Source: Candidatus Kaiserbacteria bacterium (GTDB lineage: Bacteria; Patescibacteriota; Minisyncoccia; Phycocordibacterales; UBA918). Taken from it: a stretch of 39,870 nucleotides of DNA. Every line of letters begins with the position of its first letter. Position 1 is the first letter of the stretch. The DNA is taken from contig JANLIJ010000156.1 in NCBI GenBank assembly GCA_024653575.1, positions 1 to 39,870 on the forward strand. The letters run 5' to 3'. The notes under the pieces are model-generated. The model saw only the letters and a program-made list of their open reading frames with translations. It did no database searches and was not told the DNA's origin. This document shows positions 15,437 to 23,741 of the stretch, piece after piece. A program made the position numbers and the translations under genes.

Positions 15437-16231
15437 ATGTTTCAAGAATCATATATGCGAAAGATTGTGGCGGTTGTAGGAGTGATGGCTGTTTTGGCGC
15501 TCGCTTCGTACACCTACTACACGATTAAACAAGCTCAGTACATGTACTCTGGACCAACGACTATTTCAGTCACCGGAACAGCAGAAGTATTTGCAAAGCC
15601 AGACATTGCCACCTTTACATTCTCTGTGGAAGCAAAGGAGGCTGATGCAAGCGCAACACAAAATAAATCAGCAGAGACAATGAATGCCGTGCTTGCATAC
15701 CTTAAGGAGGGAGGCGTCGATGAGAAGGATGTGAAGACTGAGTACTACAATCTCTCACCACGATATGAATACCCACAGACAATTTGTAGTGAGTGGGGAT
15801 ATTGTCCTCCACAGAACGGCGAGCCAAAACTCATTGGATATCAGGTTACTCAGACAGTCTCGGTGAAGGTGCGCGACATGGCAAAGTCAGGTGAGGTCAT
15901 TTCGGGTGTCGGAGGAAAGGGTGCTACAAATGTAAGCGGACTCTCGTTTACCATTGATGACGAGGATGCATTTAAGGCAGATGCACGAAAGCAAGCGATT
16001 GAGGACGCACAAGAAAAAGCAGAAGTACTTGCTGACAATCTCGGAGTTCGTATTGTTCGAATGAACGGTTATTGGGAAGAGGAGGGTGGTTACCCAGGTT
16101 ACTATGGCATGGGAGGGGGAATGGAGTATGGTGACATGGCAGTTTCTTCTCAGAAGGCAATAGCACCAGAATTACCAACAGGCGAAAATACGATTACTGC
16201 ACGAGTGAACGTATCATACGAAGTTAAGTAG
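15437..16231 (+). CDS. SIMPL domain (DUF541) protein
   Basis: ISVTGTAEVFAKPDIATFTFSV.., GYQVTQTVSVKVRD.. and ARKQAIEDAQEKAEVLA match the SIMPL family pattern. N-terminal TM segment. Alternative start at 15455. Confidence 0.8.
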   Translation: MFQESYMRKIVAVVGVMAVLALASYTYYTIKQAQYMYSGPTTISVTGTAEVFAKPDIATFTFSVEAKEADASATQNKSAETMNAVLAYLKEGGVDEKDVKTEYYNLSPRYEYPQTICSEWGYCPPQNGEPKLIGYQVTQTVSVKVRDMAKSGEVISGVGGKGATNVSGLSFTIDDEDAFKADARKQAIEDAQEKAEVLADNLGVRIVRMNGYWEEEGGYPGYYGMGGGMEYGDMAVSSQKAIAPELPTGENTITARVNVSYEVK

Positions 16232-16247
16232 CAAAGAATTAGGTATA

Positions 16248-16288
16248 ACACACAGAAAACCGCCCCAATGGGGCGGTTTTTTGTGTGT
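16248..16288 (+). terminator. Rho-independent terminator
   Basis: ACACACAGAAAACCGCCCC-aat-GGGGCGGTTTTTTGTGTGT. Confidence 0.9.
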
Positions 16289-16290
16289 TG

Positions 16291-16318
16291 TTGACACCAC
16301 ATCTATGAATGGTATACT
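16291..16318 (+). promoter_or_regulatory. Consensus-like sigma70 promoter TTGACA-16 nt-(TGg)TATACT upstream of secE
   Basis: TTGACA at 16291-16296 and TATACT at 16313-16318 with a TG at -15/-14. Confidence 0.65.
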
Positions 16319-16364
16319 TTGTTAAATCGCCCTTGGGGCGTTTTAATTTTGCTAAAATAAATGT

Positions 16365-16547
16365 ATGAATCACTTTATCAACTATCTGAAGGACACGTTC
16401 ACTGAACTCAGTCACGTGTCGTGGCCGACGCAACGTCAGTCAATCGTATATACCGTACTCGTTATTGTTGTCTCAATACTCGTCTCGCTCTACGTGGGGT
16501 TGTTTGACTTTGTGTTCCAGAGGGGACTCGATTGGTTTGTAAAATAG
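16365..16547 (+). CDS. secE: Preprotein translocase subunit SecE
   Basis: 60 aa with a single C-terminal TM helix. ELSHVSWPT motif. Located immediately upstream of nusG. Confidence 0.85.
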   Translation: MNHFINYLKDTFTELSHVSWPTQRQSIVYTVLVIVVSILVSLYVGLFDFVFQRGLDWFVK

Positions 16548-16598
16548 CGAAGTGAGACCTTAACGGTAAACGGACTTTATCCATAATAGAATTTAATC

Positions 16599-17144
16599 AT
16601 GGCAAAACAGCAAACGAGCGGAGAACGACAGTGGTATGCAATCCATACCTACTCTGGGTATGAGAATGCAGTAGCACGAAATTTGAAGCAACGTATCGAG
16701 TCGCTCGGCATGCAAGACCGCATCTTTGATGTTGTCGTCCCTACAGAGAAGAAGATTCGTGTGAAGGGAGGGAAGCGTGTGACTGAAGAAGAACGTATCT
16801 ACCCAGGGTACGTACTTGTGGAAATGATTGTGACCGATGACTCATGGTATGTCGTCCGCAACACTCCTCGAGTGACCGGATTCGTTGGTAGTGGTACACA
16901 GCCGGTTCCTCTTCGAGAGGATGAGCTCAATGCGCTCATGCATCGCATGAAGGATGAGGCGCCAAAGCACCACATCGACCTTTCAATCGATGATGTGGTA
17001 ATGATTGCTGATGGACCATTCAAGGACTTGGAAGGGAAAGTGGGCGAAGTGGACGCATCACGAGGAAAGGTAAAGGTACTTGTCGCGATGTTTGGACGAG
17101 AGACTCCGGTTGAGCTCGATTTCCTCCAGGTCAAAAAAATCTAG
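16599..17144 (+). CDS. nusG: Transcription termination/antitermination factor NusG
   Basis: WYAIHTYSGYENAV NGN domain and a C-terminal KOW domain (GPFKDLEGKVGEVD). Confidence 0.97.
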   Translation: MAKQQTSGERQWYAIHTYSGYENAVARNLKQRIESLGMQDRIFDVVVPTEKKIRVKGGKRVTEEERIYPGYVLVEMIVTDDSWYVVRNTPRVTGFVGSGTQPVPLREDELNALMHRMKDEAPKHHIDLSIDDVVMIADGPFKDLEGKVGEVDASRGKVKVLVAMFGRETPVELDFLQVKKI

Positions 17145-17266
17145 GTTTTGCGAAAAATCCTCGATTACTGCGTTGTTTTCAACAAAAATATGTTCGCCGT
17201 ACAACTAAGTACGACTCACATATTTTTGTCTCAACGCCTTGTACTCAAGAATTTTTCACTAAAACC
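17144..17266. repeat. 123 nt long imperfect hairpin starting in the nusG stop codon
   Basis: Arms are GGTTTTGCGAAAAATCCTCGATTACTGCGTTG..CAAAAATATGT and ACATATTTTTG..CAACGCCTTGTACTCAAGAATTTTTCACTAAAACC. Centre is about 17205. Confidence 0.65.
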
Positions 17267-17386
17267 AATATAGCAAAGAGGGGGTGGCTTGCGAAAGAGC
17301 CATATTTCTTGTACGATACGCGGGCTTCTAGAGGGGTCTGGTTATGGAACGGACACCTCATCAAAATTTAATGTAAAACGAACACT

Positions 17387-17809
17387 ATGGCTAAAAAATT
17401 AGTAAAGAAAATCAAAGTTCAGGCCACAGGCGGTAAGGCAACGCCAGCTCCTCCTTTGGGACCAGTCCTCGGACAAGCGGGTATCAACATTGGTGAATTC
17501 GTCAATCAATTCAACGAGAAGACTCGCGACCGAATGGGCGATGTTGTTCCAGTAGAAATCAATGTCTATGATGACCGAAGTTTCGACTTCATCACCAAGA
17601 CGTCACCAGCATCACGCCTCATCTTGAAGAAGATAGGGAAGGACAAGGGTTCTGGAAAGAACCTCGTCTCAAAGGCCGGTGAAATCACTAAGGCACAAGT
17701 TCGAGAAATCGCGGAAGAGAAGATGGTGGACCTCTCAGCAAATGATATTGAACAAGCAATGAAGATTATCGAGGGTACCTGTAGGAGTATGGGGGTTAAA
17801 GTGGTATAG
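17387..17809 (+). CDS. rplK: 50S ribosomal protein L11
   Basis: [28 protein letters not shown] is a canonical L11 N-terminus. Confidence 0.97.
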   Translation: MAKKLVKKIKVQATGGKATPAPPLGPVLGQAGINIGEFVNQFNEKTRDRMGDVVPVEINVYDDRSFDFITKTSPASRLILKKIGKDKGSGKNLVSKAGEITKAQVREIAEEKMVDLSANDIEQAMKIIEGTCRSMGVKVV

Positions 17810-17830
17810 ACCACTTTAACCGAGGTTCTC

Positions 17831-17860
17831 GACAAAACCACCTGCAAGGGTGGTTTTGTC
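17831..17860 (+). terminator. Terminator hairpin after rplK
   Basis: GACAAAACCACC / GGTGGTTTTGTC, a 12 bp stem. Confidence 0.75.
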
Positions 17861-17881
17861 ATAGAACCTGAACTGCTCCCG

Positions 17882-17922
17882 TAGGGAGGAAAGGTGATAT
17901 AAAATCACCATACATCTCCCTA
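17882..17922. other. Nested two-stem hairpin
   Basis: Outer stem TAGGGAG(17882-17888)/CTCCCTA(17916-17922). Inner stem GGTGAT(17893-17898)/ATCACC(17904-17909). Confidence 0.5.
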
Positions 17923-17941
17923 GAGAATCACCCAACCCAAA

Positions 17942-17984
17942 ATATTGAAAACCCCCGTGGCTTCGCCACGGGGGTTTTCAATAT
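17942..17984. terminator. Perfect 19 bp stem-loop
   Basis: ATATTGAAAACCCCCGTGG-cttcg-CCACGGGGGTTTTCAATAT. Confidence 0.7.
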
Positions 17985-18064
17985 CCTATATCTGTGGTAT
18001 ATTCCATATTGAGCAAAGTGCTCATTTTAGTTTGTTGCAACTTTTGCCTTGGAGGGCTAAGAAG

Positions 18065-18571
18065 ATGAAAAATGGTGTCAAGTTGGAACCCCTAAGCGGG
18101 CTTCACGAGGCAGTTCGTTACGGGAAGGGCGACGAACTCGGAGTCATGGGTATTCTCATGCGACGTGACGAGGGAAGTATTCTCCTCGTCCATCACGAGC
18201 CGTCGGATTCCTGGCGCCTGCCGTTCGGCTTTTTTATGCCGGGGGATGGCAACTGGGTCGGGGCAGCGATACGCATGGTGCCGCGCACTGTGGTTACCAC
18301 AGCTGACTACATCGACCTCAGGATGAAGGCGTTGGGGATGGCGAGAGAGGTTTCTCGCCTCAAGCAAGTCGCTGTGGCTATTGCTGAGGTCTCGCCGGGT
18401 TCGCTCGCGCGATTCCCGACGCAACGACATGTCTGGGTAAAGAGCGAGGAAGAATTCGCCGAGCTCTATCTGGGCGGGACGAGGCAGTCGGCGATGAAGC
18501 TATTGGTGGCGGAAGCAATCAAGCAGGGTGCCTTCTTCAAGCCGGTACAACAAGGGGCGACGGCTCACTGA
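18065..18571 (+). CDS. Hypothetical protein, degenerate Nudix-like fold (start moved to MKNGVK)
   Basis: GGAGGG SD (18051-18056) lies 8 nt upstream. GILMRRDEGSILLVHH..WRLPFGFFMPGD..AAIR resembles the Nudix fold but lacks the REx2EE box. GC-rich. Terminator at 18594-18621. Confidence 0.4.
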   Translation: MKNGVKLEPLSGLHEAVRYGKGDELGVMGILMRRDEGSILLVHHEPSDSWRLPFGFFMPGDGNWVGAAIRMVPRTVVTTADYIDLRMKALGMAREVSRLKQVAVAIAEVSPGSLARFPTQRHVWVKSEEEFAELYLGGTRQSAMKLLVAEAIKQGAFFKPVQQGATAH

Positions 18572-18593
18572 GCAGTCGTATGGGGGAAACATG

Positions 18594-18621
18594 GGGGTGC
18601 GCAACGTCGGCACCCCTTTTT
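18594..18621 (+). terminator. Rho-independent terminator
   Basis: GGGGTGC / GCACCCC stem followed by TTTTT. Confidence 0.8.
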
Positions 18622-18759
18622 AGTGCCTGCCAGATTTGTTCTTGCACATTTTATATGACGGCGTATTCTTTCATGTATGCTTCTTAATACTACAATTCGC
18701 AAGTGGTCGATGTTTGTATAAAAATAAGCTCTTAGGGCTTATTTATCTAATACGTAACC

Positions 18760-19479
18760 ATGCAATTCATTCCTATTCATACACGTGTTATACAACCACC
18801 CAAGGACGATCTCTTTCAGGTACTTAGAGAATCAATTCAAGATATACAGGACGGAGATGTCGTTCTCATTACCTCAAAGGTCGTCTCAATTCATGAGGGG
18901 CGATGTGTCCCTATAGAGAATACAGAAAAGCAATTGCTCATTCGTAACGAATCGGAACTCCTCTATCAACCTGATCCCACAAGACGTCCACTCTCGGTGG
19001 TGCACCATGCCCTTATTTCTTCTGCAGGTATTGATGAAAGCAATGGCGATGGGTACTACACGCTTCTCCCTGAAGATCCATTTGCGTCAGCACAGAGGAT
19101 ACATACGTATCTTAAAGATGCGTTCAATTTGAAAGAGTTCGGTGTTATTATCACTGATAGTCACTCGGTTCCATTTCGATATGGTGCTCTCAGTATCGCG
19201 ATAGGGTGTCACGGGTTTGAACCAATCATGTCACATACCGGCAGGGAGGATCTTTTTGGAAGGGTAATGGTATATTCAAAAACAAATATTCCTGATGCAA
19301 TCGCGGGCGGGGCGACCCTCGTGTCGGGTGAGTGCGACGAGGCGTATCCAATAGTTATTGCACGCGGAATTCCAAATCTTATTTTTACTGAGCGAGATGC
19401 AAGAGAGGATTTTTTCGTCTCCTACGAAGATGATATCTTTGCTCCGCTCTTTACTCAGTTTAAGAAGAAAGATGTGTAG
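18760..19479 (+). CDS. CofE-like gamma-glutamyl ligase family protein (putative folate-metabolism glutamate ligase)
   Basis: ITSKVVSIHEGR, SAGIDESNGDG and ITDSHSVPFRYG motifs of the F420-0:gamma-glutamyl ligase fold. Convergent neighbour of folA. Confidence 0.75.
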   Translation: MQFIPIHTRVIQPPKDDLFQVLRESIQDIQDGDVVLITSKVVSIHEGRCVPIENTEKQLLIRNESELLYQPDPTRRPLSVVHHALISSAGIDESNGDGYYTLLPEDPFASAQRIHTYLKDAFNLKEFGVIITDSHSVPFRYGALSIAIGCHGFEPIMSHTGREDLFGRVMVYSKTNIPDAIAGGATLVSGECDEAYPIVIARGIPNLIFTERDAREDFFVSYEDDIFAPLFTQFKKKDV

Positions 19480-19485
19480 TCCGCT

Positions 19486-19971
19486 CTATCGTTCGAGAGT
19501 GAGCCATGTGTAGGGAGGATTGTATTCAAAATGTTTCTCCTCGTTGAGCACTTTTGCGAACTCACTGTAGTCTGGGAAAAAGGCATCCGCATCCGTATCT
19601 GTCGCTTCGATACGGGTGAGGTAGAGTCGATCGGTACTACCGATTGCTTCCTTATACACACTTGCTCCACCAAAGATAAAAATCTCTTCTTGTTCAACTT
19701 CCCGTGCTTTCGTAAGTGCTTCTTCAAGCGAGGTGGCAACGACACACCCACCAATTTTCATTGGTCTAAAAGAAAGGACGATATTTGTCCTCCCTGGAAG
19801 CGGACGACCGATTGACTGGTACGTATTCCATCCCATGATGATGGGGTGCCCCATAGTGATTTCCTTCACCCGTTTCAGGTCGGCACCGATACGCCAAATA
19901 AGCCCATTTTTCTTCCCAAGCTCGCGGTTTTGTCCAACCGCAGCGATGATGCTGATACGAGGTGTGCTCAT
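19486..19971 (-). CDS. folA: Dihydrofolate reductase
   Basis: ISIIAAVGQNRELGKKNGLIW, MGWNTYQSIGRPLPGRTNIVLS and IFGGASVY. Confidence 0.95.
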   Translation of the reverse strand: MSTPRISIIAAVGQNRELGKKNGLIWRIGADLKRVKEITMGHPIIMGWNTYQSIGRPLPGRTNIVLSFRPMKIGGCVVATSLEEALTKAREVEQEEIFIFGGASVYKEAIGSTDRLYLTRIEATDTDADAFFPDYSEFAKVLNEEKHFEYNPPYTWLTLER

Positions 19972-20041
19972 AAGGAGATTATGACATATTAAGCTCTAGT
20001 TGTCTTTTTGAACTTAGAGAGCACAAATGTATAATATCTCA

Positions 20042-20716
20042 ATGTCACAGTTTGAAATTGAGGTAAAGAGTCTTCTCGGTGAGAAGCAATATGCCGATGC
20101 GCTTATAGCAAAAATGCAAGAGTTTGATCCGGCTTGTGTATGCGTGAGTACAAATAAACAACTCAATCATTATTTTACTGGTGGAAATTTAGAAAATCTT
20201 TTTGAAAAGACAGAAATGTTATTTTCAGAAGAAATTAAGGAGAAGTTTAGACACATTGCAGAGAAAGGAACTGATTTCTCTGTGAGGACACGACAGAGAG
20301 ACGAAGAAGTGTTGCTTGTTGTCAAAGCATCTGTTGGTGAGGGAACAAGTTCAAATGGTGTTTCAAGAATGGAGTTTGAAGAAGCTGTCCCCGTATCTCT
20401 TGAAGAGCTTGATCAGCTCGTCTTAGATGCTGGATTTTCATATCAAGCAAAATGGTCTCGTGAGCGTGAAGAGTATGCATATAAAGGTGTTAATGTATGT
20501 CTCGATAAGAACGCGGGGTATGGGTATCTTGCAGAATTTGAAAAGGTTGTTACTGATGAAGCGATACTTGAAGAGGTCCGCAACGAAATTGCGTGCCTCA
20601 TGCAAGAGCTCGGTGTTGAAGAACTTTCACAAGATCGACTTGAGAGAATGTTCTCGCACTATAATTCCAACTGGCCTGATTATTATGGTACAGAGCGTAC
20701 TTTTATTATTGAATAA
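20042..20716 (+). CDS. CYTH domain protein (CyaB/ThTPase-like triphosphate tunnel enzyme); the ORF track start 20027 is less likely
   Basis: N-terminal FEIEVK (ExExK signature). TATAAT at 20030-20035 lies 6 nt before the ATG at 20042. Confidence 0.75.
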   Translation: MSQFEIEVKSLLGEKQYADALIAKMQEFDPACVCVSTNKQLNHYFTGGNLENLFEKTEMLFSEEIKEKFRHIAEKGTDFSVRTRQRDEEVLLVVKASVGEGTSSNGVSRMEFEEAVPVSLEELDQLVLDAGFSYQAKWSREREEYAYKGVNVCLDKNAGYGYLAEFEKVVTDEAILEEVRNEIACLMQELGVEELSQDRLERMFSHYNSNWPDYYGTERTFIIE

Positions 20717-20727
20717 TTCTAAACAGC

Positions 20728-21315
20728 ATGTTTCTTTCGGACGTTGATATCATTCAAGCAGTAAAGAAGGGGGAGATAACACTGAAGCCTTTTTCTGAAA
20801 ATAAACTCCAGCCTGCAAGTTACGATATCTTGCTCGGCAATAAGTTTGTGGTGAATGACGAAAACAGCACACACTTTGTTGACCCTGTTAAGAAAATCTA
20901 TGCAAAGACACGTGAGATTACGATTAAAGATGGTGCGGAATTCGTACTTCATCCGGGCGTTTCTGTACTAGGTGTATCGAAAGAATTTTTCGGCTCTAAT
21001 CAGTATCTTATTCAAGTTGGTGGAAAATCGTCCCTTGCTCGTATTGGCCTTATGATACACAACACCGCAGGCCTCATTAACCCCGGGCATTTTCTTAATA
21101 TTACATTTGAACTCTGCAATCTCAATAATGTCCCAATTATCTTGCGGCCAGGGATGGAAATCGCCCAATTAACATTCTCGAAACTATCTTCCCCAACACG
21201 GCAAAGTTATGAGCAAGTAGGACGCTTTGCTCAAGATAATTGGCAAAATTTTGCATTACCAAAAAAGAAAAAAGTAGCCCCAAAGAAGAAAATTACAAAG
21301 TCTAAGAAAAAGTAA
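20728..21315 (+). CDS. dcd: dCTP deaminase with a Lys-rich C-terminal tail
   Basis: LSDVDIIQAVKKG..LQPASYDILLG. The last ~25 aa are KKKKVAPKKKITKSKKK. Confidence 0.93.
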   Translation: MFLSDVDIIQAVKKGEITLKPFSENKLQPASYDILLGNKFVVNDENSTHFVDPVKKIYAKTREITIKDGAEFVLHPGVSVLGVSKEFFGSNQYLIQVGGKSSLARIGLMIHNTAGLINPGHFLNITFELCNLNNVPIILRPGMEIAQLTFSKLSSPTRQSYEQVGRFAQDNWQNFALPKKKKVAPKKKITKSKKK

Positions 21316-21317
21316 TC

Positions 21318-22340
21318 ATGAATAGACATCCAGAATATCAGTACCTAGATCTATGTAAGGACATTCTCGAAAATGGAGCTGACAAAGAATTGTTTTTTAA
21401 CGACGTTGTCTTGGAGGAATACAAAGCGAAGGGCGAGAAACCACCTTTTATACGCTCTGTATTTGGGAGACAGATGCGATTTGATTTAAGCGATGGTTCT
21501 TTTCCGTTACTCACCACTAAGAAGACATTCTGGAGGGGAATTGTTACAGAATTACTCTGGTTTCTTTCGGGGAGTTCAAACATCAAGCCACTCCTCGATG
21601 TAAATAATCACATATGGGACGAGTGGGCATGGAAGCATTTTCAAATGTGGGCAACAGATGCAGAAAAAGCTGAGTATGTGAACATCACACAGAGTGAATT
21701 CATTGCGAAGCTCACCGAACTGTCCCCTGAAGACCCATTTGTGGTGAAGTGGGGAGATTTGATTACTATCTATGGACGCATGTGGCGCAAGTGGCCTGCA
21801 AAGGATGGGCGTGAGATTGACCAACTCGGATGGGTTATTAAGGGTCTTATGACAAAGCCAGACCGTAAGTCGTATGTTGTAAATGCGTGGAATCCTGATT
21901 TTATTTATGAGATGGCATCGGAGGGACAAAAATCACATGTTCCACCGTTTTGCCATACCATGTTTCAATTTCAAGTTGCAAATGGGAAATTGAATCTCGG
22001 CCTCTATCAGCGGTCTGGTGACCTGTTCCTTGGGGTACCATTCAATATTGCAAGTTATGCACTCCTGCTTCTTATGGTGTCACATGTCACCAAGATTCCT
22101 CCTGGGGAATTTGTGCATACGTTTGGTGACGTTCATATCTATTCAAATCATTTTGAGCAAGTGAAAGAACAACTTACTCGGGAACCATACCCATTCCCAA
22201 CCGTAAAGCTCAATCCCGATATAACTGATATTGATGCGTTTACAGCAGATGACATAACACTAGAGGGTTACCAATCACACGATTCAATAAAAGCAGAAAT
22301 AGCAAATATTGGAGGATTCACAGAGACAAAGAAAAAATAG
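21318..22340 (+). CDS. thyA: Thymidylate synthase (ThyA, long form)
   Basis: FWRGIVTELLWFLSG, PFCHTMFQF (catalytic Cys) and YQRSGDLFLGVPFNIASYALL. The start lies 2 nt after the dcd stop. Confidence 0.97.
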   Translation: MNRHPEYQYLDLCKDILENGADKELFFNDVVLEEYKAKGEKPPFIRSVFGRQMRFDLSDGSFPLLTTKKTFWRGIVTELLWFLSGSSNIKPLLDVNNHIWDEWAWKHFQMWATDAEKAEYVNITQSEFIAKLTELSPEDPFVVKWGDLITIYGRMWRKWPAKDGREIDQLGWVIKGLMTKPDRKSYVVNAWNPDFIYEMASEGQKSHVPPFCHTMFQFQVANGKLNLGLYQRSGDLFLGVPFNIASYALLLLMVSHVTKIPPGEFVHTFGDVHIYSNHFEQVKEQLTREPYPFPTVKLNPDITDIDAFTADDITLEGYQSHDSIKAEIANIGGFTETKKK

Positions 22341-22415
22341 TGCAGATGGGAGTGTATAAATGTATGATCTAAGACCCGTATAACCGAAGATTACTATGCT
22401 AAAAGAATTTTTGAT

Positions 22416-23681
22416 ATGGATTACGAATTTATAGAGAAGCAGGACAGGGAAGTATTTGGAGCGCTCACGGGGGAGGAGGAACGGGAGGCGAAGGGACTCG
22501 AACTCATTCCGAGCGAGAACTATGTGTCGCGAGCCGTTCGCGAAGCGAACGGTTCAGTCTTCACGAACAAGTATGCGGAAGGATACCCCGGAAAGCGCTA
22601 CTACGGTGGGCAGGAGTTCACCGACATGATAGAGACAATCGCCATTGAACGCGCAAAGAAACTTTTTAATTGTGAATACGCGAACGTGCAGTCGCTCTCG
22701 GGAGCGCCCGCAAACTCTGCTATGTACTTTGCACTTCTCGAGCCGGGCGAGACTGTTCTCGGGATGGATTTGGGACACGGAGGGCACCTCACGCACGGAC
22801 ACCCGACAACTTCAATCAATAAAGTATTCAACTTCGTCCGGTACAAGATGAAGGATGTGAATACGGGAGAGATTGATTACGACCATCTTCGTCAGGTCGC
22901 GCTCGAACATAAGCCGAAGGTTATCCTTGCGGGATTTTCTGCATACAGCCGTGAGCTCGATTACGCGAAGTTTGTAGAAATAGCGAAGGAGGTTGGTGCA
23001 TACACCGTGGCCGACATGGCACACATCGCAGGACTCATCGCAGGAGGTGCGGTACGAAATCCGTTCGATGATGGATTTGATGTGATTACCACGACGACCC
23101 ACAAGACACTCCGTGGTCCACGTGGTGGCATGATACTCACGAGAGCGAGTGAAGATATTGCAAAAAAAATCAACAAGACCGTCTTCCCCGGAACGCAGGG
23201 TGGGCCACACATGAATATCATTGCCGGGAAGGCTGTTGCATTTGGCGAAGCGATGTCACCGAAGTTTAAAGAGTATGCACTGCAGATTTTGAAGAATGCA
23301 AAAGCAATGGAGGCAGTCTTCCATACCGCAGGCATCCGTATGCAGGGTGGAGGGACATCAAACCACCTTATCCTTGCGGATGTATTTGGGTCACTTGGTA
23401 TTTCAGGAAAGGAAGCAGAGGTTGCGCTCGACTCGATTGGGATTACCCTCAATAAAAATATGATTGCTGATGAACCGCGCACGGCGATGGATCCATCGGG
23501 CATTCGCTTCGGAACTCCAGCGATGACGACTCGTGGCATGAAGGAGGCTGAGGCGACGAAGGTTGCAGAGCTCATGGTCGCACGACTCAATGACCACACG
23601 AGTGAGACCAAGGCACAAGAACTCAAGGCCGAAGTAGAAACCCTCTGTGCAAAATTCCCAATCCCAGAGGTAATGGTGTAA
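22416..23681 (+). CDS. glyA: Serine hydroxymethyltransferase
   Basis: LELIPSENYVS and TTTTHKTLRGPRGG (PLP Lys motif). Confidence 0.97.
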   Translation: MDYEFIEKQDREVFGALTGEEEREAKGLELIPSENYVSRAVREANGSVFTNKYAEGYPGKRYYGGQEFTDMIETIAIERAKKLFNCEYANVQSLSGAPANSAMYFALLEPGETVLGMDLGHGGHLTHGHPTTSINKVFNFVRYKMKDVNTGEIDYDHLRQVALEHKPKVILAGFSAYSRELDYAKFVEIAKEVGAYTVADMAHIAGLIAGGAVRNPFDDGFDVITTTTHKTLRGPRGGMILTRASEDIAKKINKTVFPGTQGGPHMNIIAGKAVAFGEAMSPKFKEYALQILKNAKAMEAVFHTAGIRMQGGGTSNHLILADVFGSLGISGKEAEVALDSIGITLNKNMIADEPRTAMDPSGIRFGTPAMTTRGMKEAEATKVAELMVARLNDHTSETKAQELKAEVETLCAKFPIPEVMV

Positions 23682-23696
23682 CTGATTATTTAAAAA

Positions 23697-23724
23697 GTCC
23701 CGTCTGCAAAGCAGACGGGACTTT
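23697..23724 (+). terminator. Rho-independent terminator after glyA
   Basis: GTCCCGTCTGC-aaa-GCAGACGGGAC followed by TTT. Confidence 0.85.
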
Positions 23725-23741
23725 GGTATATACCTCTGAAT

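Noticed and set aside
16289-16364. tRNA-Trp, which commonly precedes secE, and tRNAs in other spacers.
   Set aside because: No cloverleaf or GTTCRANYC T-loop context is visible here or in any other intergenic spacer I read. GGTTCAATACC at ~3797 has no matching T-stem.
17945-18064. The N-terminal 40 codons of track ORF 17945-18571.
   Set aside because: This stretch begins inside the 19 bp perfect hairpin at 17942-17984 and has an odd composition. An internal ATG at 18065 has a GGAGGG SD.
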